Origin: a virus
Lineage: Duplodnaviria; Heunggongvirae; Uroviricota; Caudoviricetes
Direction: 5' to 3' (one strand)
Length of the DNA stretch: 17,112 bases
IMG/VR virus record: IMGVR_UViG_2541047699_000018
A program made the translations under genes and the position numbers. Below, one piece after another: positions 15,799 through 17,112 of this stretch. Numbering within the stretch: the stretch's first letter is position 1; each line of letters starts with the position of its first letter. The notes under the pieces were generated by a model, which worked only from the letters and a program-made list of their open reading frames with translations, had not been told where the DNA came from and did not search any database.

Positions 15799-17112
15799 AT
15801 GGATAAAGTCAAATATCCAACAGGCGTCGAAAACCACGGCGGCACATTACGCATCTGGTTTAATTTTAAAGGTAAACGTGTCAGGGAAAATCTTGGTGTC
15901 CCTGACACTGCCAAGAACAGGAAGATCGCCGGGGAACTGCGGACATCAGTATGTTTTGCCATCCGCACAGGAAGCTTTGATTATGCTGCACAGTTCCCTG
16001 ACTCCCCCAACCTTCAGGCTTTTGGGGTAAGTAAAAAAGAAATTACGGTGAAGGAACTTGAAGAAAAGTGGCTGGATCTGAAACGAATGGAAATCTCTGC
16101 AAATGCATTCAATCGCTATGAATCCGTTGCAAGAACGATGGTTCCGAAAATTGGAGGCAGTAGACTGGTGTCATCGGTAACCAAAGAGGAATTGCTGTAT
16201 ATCAGGAAAGATTTGCTGACCGGGTATCAGAATTCAACGAAAAACAAAGCAGCAGCAAAAGGACGGAGCGTCGTTACTGTAAATTATTACATGACGACAA
16301 TCGCTGGAATGTTTCAGTTTGCTGCAGATCACGGTTACTTAGAAGCAAATCCCTTCCAGGGAATTAAGCCTCTTAAAAGAGCCAGGGCAGAGCCAGATCC
16401 GCTAACTCGTGACGAATTTATTCGCCTGATAGATGCTTGCCGACATCAGCAGACGAAAAACCTGTGGTCATTGGCTGTGTACACAGGAATGCGTCACGGT
16501 GAACTGGTCTCCCTGGCCTGGGAAGATATCGATCTGAAGGCAGGAACAATTACCATCAGGCGCAATTATACGAAACTTGGTGAGTTCACTCTACCGAAAA
16601 CTGAAGCAAGCACAAACAGGGTTGTGCACCTTATCCAGCCCGCTATCAGTGTCCTGAAAAATCAGGCTGAAATGACAAGACTGGGTAAGCAGTACAACAT
16701 CAAGGTGCAACTACGTGAATATGGACGTTCAGTGAACCATGAATGTACTTTCGTGTTTAACCCTCAAGTGGTTAGAAAAAGCGAACAGGTAGGTTTTGTC
16801 TACAAAGTCGATTCTGTAGGTGACTCATGGGAAACAGCCATTAAGCGTGCAGGGATCAGGCATCGAAAGGCATACCAGTCACGACACACTTATGCGTGCT
16901 GGTCATTATCTGCCGGAGCAAACCCAAGCTTCATTGCCAGCCAGATGGGCCATGCAAGTGCCCAGATGGTATTCAATGTATACGGAGCATGGATGACTGA
17001 CAGCAATGCAGAACAGATCGCAATGCTGAATCAGAAGCTGACAGATTATGTCCCAATGATGCCCCATAGTCACCAAAGTGACACCAGAGGCTTATTAAAA
17101 TCAGTAAGTTAA
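15799..17112 (+). CDS. Phage integrase, tyrosine recombinase
   Basis: 437-aa ORF with SD ggagg. Catalytic motifs TGMRHGELVSLAWEDIDL, RHTYACW and VYGAW. Complete, with its stop at the window edge. Confidence 0.9.
   Translation: MDKVKYPTGVENHGGTLRIWFNFKGKRVRENLGVPDTAKNRKIAGELRTSVCFAIRTGSFDYAAQFPDSPNLQAFGVSKKEITVKELEEKWLDLKRMEISANAFNRYESVARTMVPKIGGSRLVSSVTKEELLYIRKDLLTGYQNSTKNKAAAKGRSVVTVNYYMTTIAGMFQFAADHGYLEANPFQGIKPLKRARAEPDPLTRDEFIRLIDACRHQQTKNLWSLAVYTGMRHGELVSLAWEDIDLKAGTITIRRNYTKLGEFTLPKTEASTNRVVHLIQPAISVLKNQAEMTRLGKQYNIKVQLREYGRSVNHECTFVFNPQVVRKSEQVGFVYKVDSVGDSWETAIKRAGIRHRKAYQSRHTYACWSLSAGANPSFIASQMGHASAQMVFNVYGAWMTDSNAEQIAMLNQKLTDYVPMMPHSHQSDTRGLLKSVS

Noticed and set aside
1-17112. tRNA gene, IS element or inverted-repeat-bounded transposon
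   Set aside because: No cloverleaf-like sequence, transposase-like ORF or terminal inverted repeats were seen; the integrase is at the window edge so the att site and any tRNA target lie outside.

Overview
This window reads as a degenerate lambdoid prophage, probably enterobacterial, with genes split into two divergent arms around a CI-type repressor. The leftward (minus-strand) arm is one long translationally coupled operon: Cro-position ORF, two Rha-family regulators, three small ORFs, an O-like replication initiator, a DnaC-like loader, a DnaB-like helicase, a DUF968/HNH-like protein and a Q-type antiterminator. Q is followed within about 80 bp by an intrinsic terminator and then by two regulator genes (a small winged-helix protein and an AraC-family AppY/YdeO-like regulator); no lysis, head or tail genes are in the window. 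The rightward (plus-strand) arm runs from cI (8960..9616) through about 6 kb of small, mostly unrecognisable accessory genes to an excisionase and a tyrosine integrase ending at 17112, so the att site lies beyond the right edge. The most likely places for an undescribed function are the cargo genes directly downstream of cI (9720..10717), the coupled 37/62/193-aa module (10796..11687), the duplicated Ea22-like starts with a P-loop-like protein (12493..13855), and a 400-bp non-coding gap between the two Rha genes. All family calls rest on my reading of motifs in the translations, not on database searches; no rRNA, tRNA, CRISPR array or IS element was seen.
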